From contig JAPEUD010000095.1 in assembly GCA_026026165.1 (NCBI GenBank), positions 1 through 64,000 on the forward strand: a stretch of DNA of 64,000 nucleotides. The letters run 5' to 3'. This DNA comes from Sarea resinae. Its lineage: Eukaryota. The position numbers and the translations under genes were made by a program. The notes below the pieces were generated by a model. It did not search any database. It saw only the letters and a program-made list of their open reading frames with translations, and was not told the DNA's origin. This document shows positions 62,378-64,000 of the stretch, piece after piece (positions within the stretch are counted from its first letter, which is position 1; the number at the start of each line of letters is the position of its first letter).

Positions 62378-64000
62378 GGCCGTTCCTCCAGATGCGCTAT
62401 GGCTTCTAGTCGGCAGCAGGAGGAGCCGACGACATCAATCTCTTCTCGAGTGGGGAGGGATGGTGGCAAGGAAGCCGGTCTGAGTGGAGCCACACGATGG
62501 AACGAGGGATCGGCGTATAATGGTGATAATAATTACAACCAGGGCAGCGACCAGGTATGGAGGTAGGTTCGGCTGCTAGGAGCGGTAGGCGGTATACATG
62601 TTCGCGGTGCAGGTCGGATGAGTGGTCGAACGAAGAGGGTGTCTGGTATATTGGATTGCAGCGTCCAGTCCAAAATTCAATGTGAAGTTGGGGGGATCGT
62701 GAAATGTTCAGACGGTTCGAGCGATCAATATCAGTTCATCCTGACGAGCGGGCAGGATTATTTTCTTCGGTAGTGGCTACATCTGGCAAGGCCGTCGTTG
62801 GGCGGTGAATGGGTGGAGCAGCGGGCGACGGTCGAGTACCGATACCCCTGACCGGGTGGCCGCCGCAGAACACCAAATGATTGGCGACGGTTGGGGGATC
62901 CAGCAGCTGCGACGGCCACCTTGTCCCTGCGCGACGTCACATGGCCCGGCGGCGGGCACGGATGGTGCGAGAAAGTGCACCAAGGGCAAGAACGGCGTCC
63001 ATGACTCTACGAGTATTGCATTCGACGCTCGTCGATCATGGATCCTCCAGCTTCCAGTAGGGTCGAGTGACTCCCAAGTGAGGTAGTCGCTACGACGTCC
63101 TGAGGTACTCCATCCACTGGCCCAGTCCAGTTGGCTCGGGCTCATTCGAGTCTGGTCGAAGCTGGAGAGCTCAGTAGTCACTTGGCGTACAGCGTAGGTA
63201 AGCACTTTAAAGTACGGAGGAGAGCGTGCATCCACCATGGAGGGACAAGGCGTCGAACTGCCGTGCTCGATACTCTTCCTACTATGGGATATACTCCGTC
63301 TTCCAGCAATATCCAGTACGAAGGTACCTTGCTACCAGAGTAGTAGTCACGTACTGTGCTGGTATGTCCATGCCATGAGTGCATAGTACCTACGAGGAGG
63401 ATGGAGTAGGGTGAGTACCTACGGTATGGATGTACCACTTACCTACCGACGTGCAGGACGTGCAGCATGGGATGCCGGCATCACTGATGCCAATTTACTG
63501 CAGTCCCTCTGCGACGAGGGGAATCTGGCATGGGGTAAGGATCTGCACGGAAAACGTCAAGGGCCACGACGGCCCCGTCCTCTGTCGTAAAAGGGTCCTC
63601 CCTCCCACTTTTCTCCCTCGACCGTCTTCCGGTCACCAGCCAGCCAGTCCAAGTACTTCTTACTGACTGGTCCGACGTATCAACGGCTGCGACGAGTACG
63701 ACGGGATGCATCCACCCGTGGCTTCAGTCTCGTGCTGGCTCACGTGCCTTGACGCTGCCTGCCGTCGCCCCCTTGGGCTCACTAATTGCGCTCGAGCTGG
63801 TCTACTACGTACTTCATAGTACTCTACTCCGTACTCTACTCCGTACTCTGTACTCTACCTGACGGGATCTCCCTCTGCCCTACGTACCCGCAGCTGGACG
63901 TCGTCGCCAAGAAGGACGGGGAGGGCACAGGACAAGGAAAAATGGACCTTTGCTAGTCCGCACGGCATGCTGACTAAGCATCTCATTATGCACGTGACTA

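Overview
Eukaryotic DNA from a filamentous ascomycete (Pezizomycotina-type short GT-AG introns with CTAAC branch sites; strong repeat-induced point mutation, RIP). Three zones. (1) 1-~18200: AT-rich, RIP-mutated nest of transposons. It holds the 3' half of a Ty3/Gypsy element (RNase H, integrase), followed before its polypurine tract and 3' LTR by a ~1100-codon extra ORF whose C-terminal half reconstructs to a PhyH-like Fe(II)/2-oxoglutarate dioxygenase (H-x-D...H...R). Next come a CACTA/EnSpm-like (CMC/Plavaka-like) transposase relic with a possible divergent partner gene, a 19-bp tandem array, and a 5'-truncated Ty1/Copia element carrying three nested insertions with 4-, 8- and 5-bp target-site duplications (TSDs). 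(2) ~18200-31000: decaying accessory zone with an unknown pseudogene, a C2H2 zinc-finger gene, a large broken UPF1/DNA2-like SF1 helicase, an FAD monooxygenase, a MITE, a Cys-rich repeat protein and an LTR remnant. (3) ~31000-64000: ordinary gene-dense DNA with an NCS1 permease, an epoxide hydrolase, an 872-aa disordered protein with a HEIP1/REDIC1-like N-terminus, PLC1, IMP4, UPF1/NAM7, an AhpC-TSA_2 protein and an MHP1/GIP3-like LRR protein. Best candidate for an under-described system: the Gypsy-borne dioxygenase. Protein readings in zone 1 are hand translations through stop codons with inferred reversal of RIP changes; no database searches were run.
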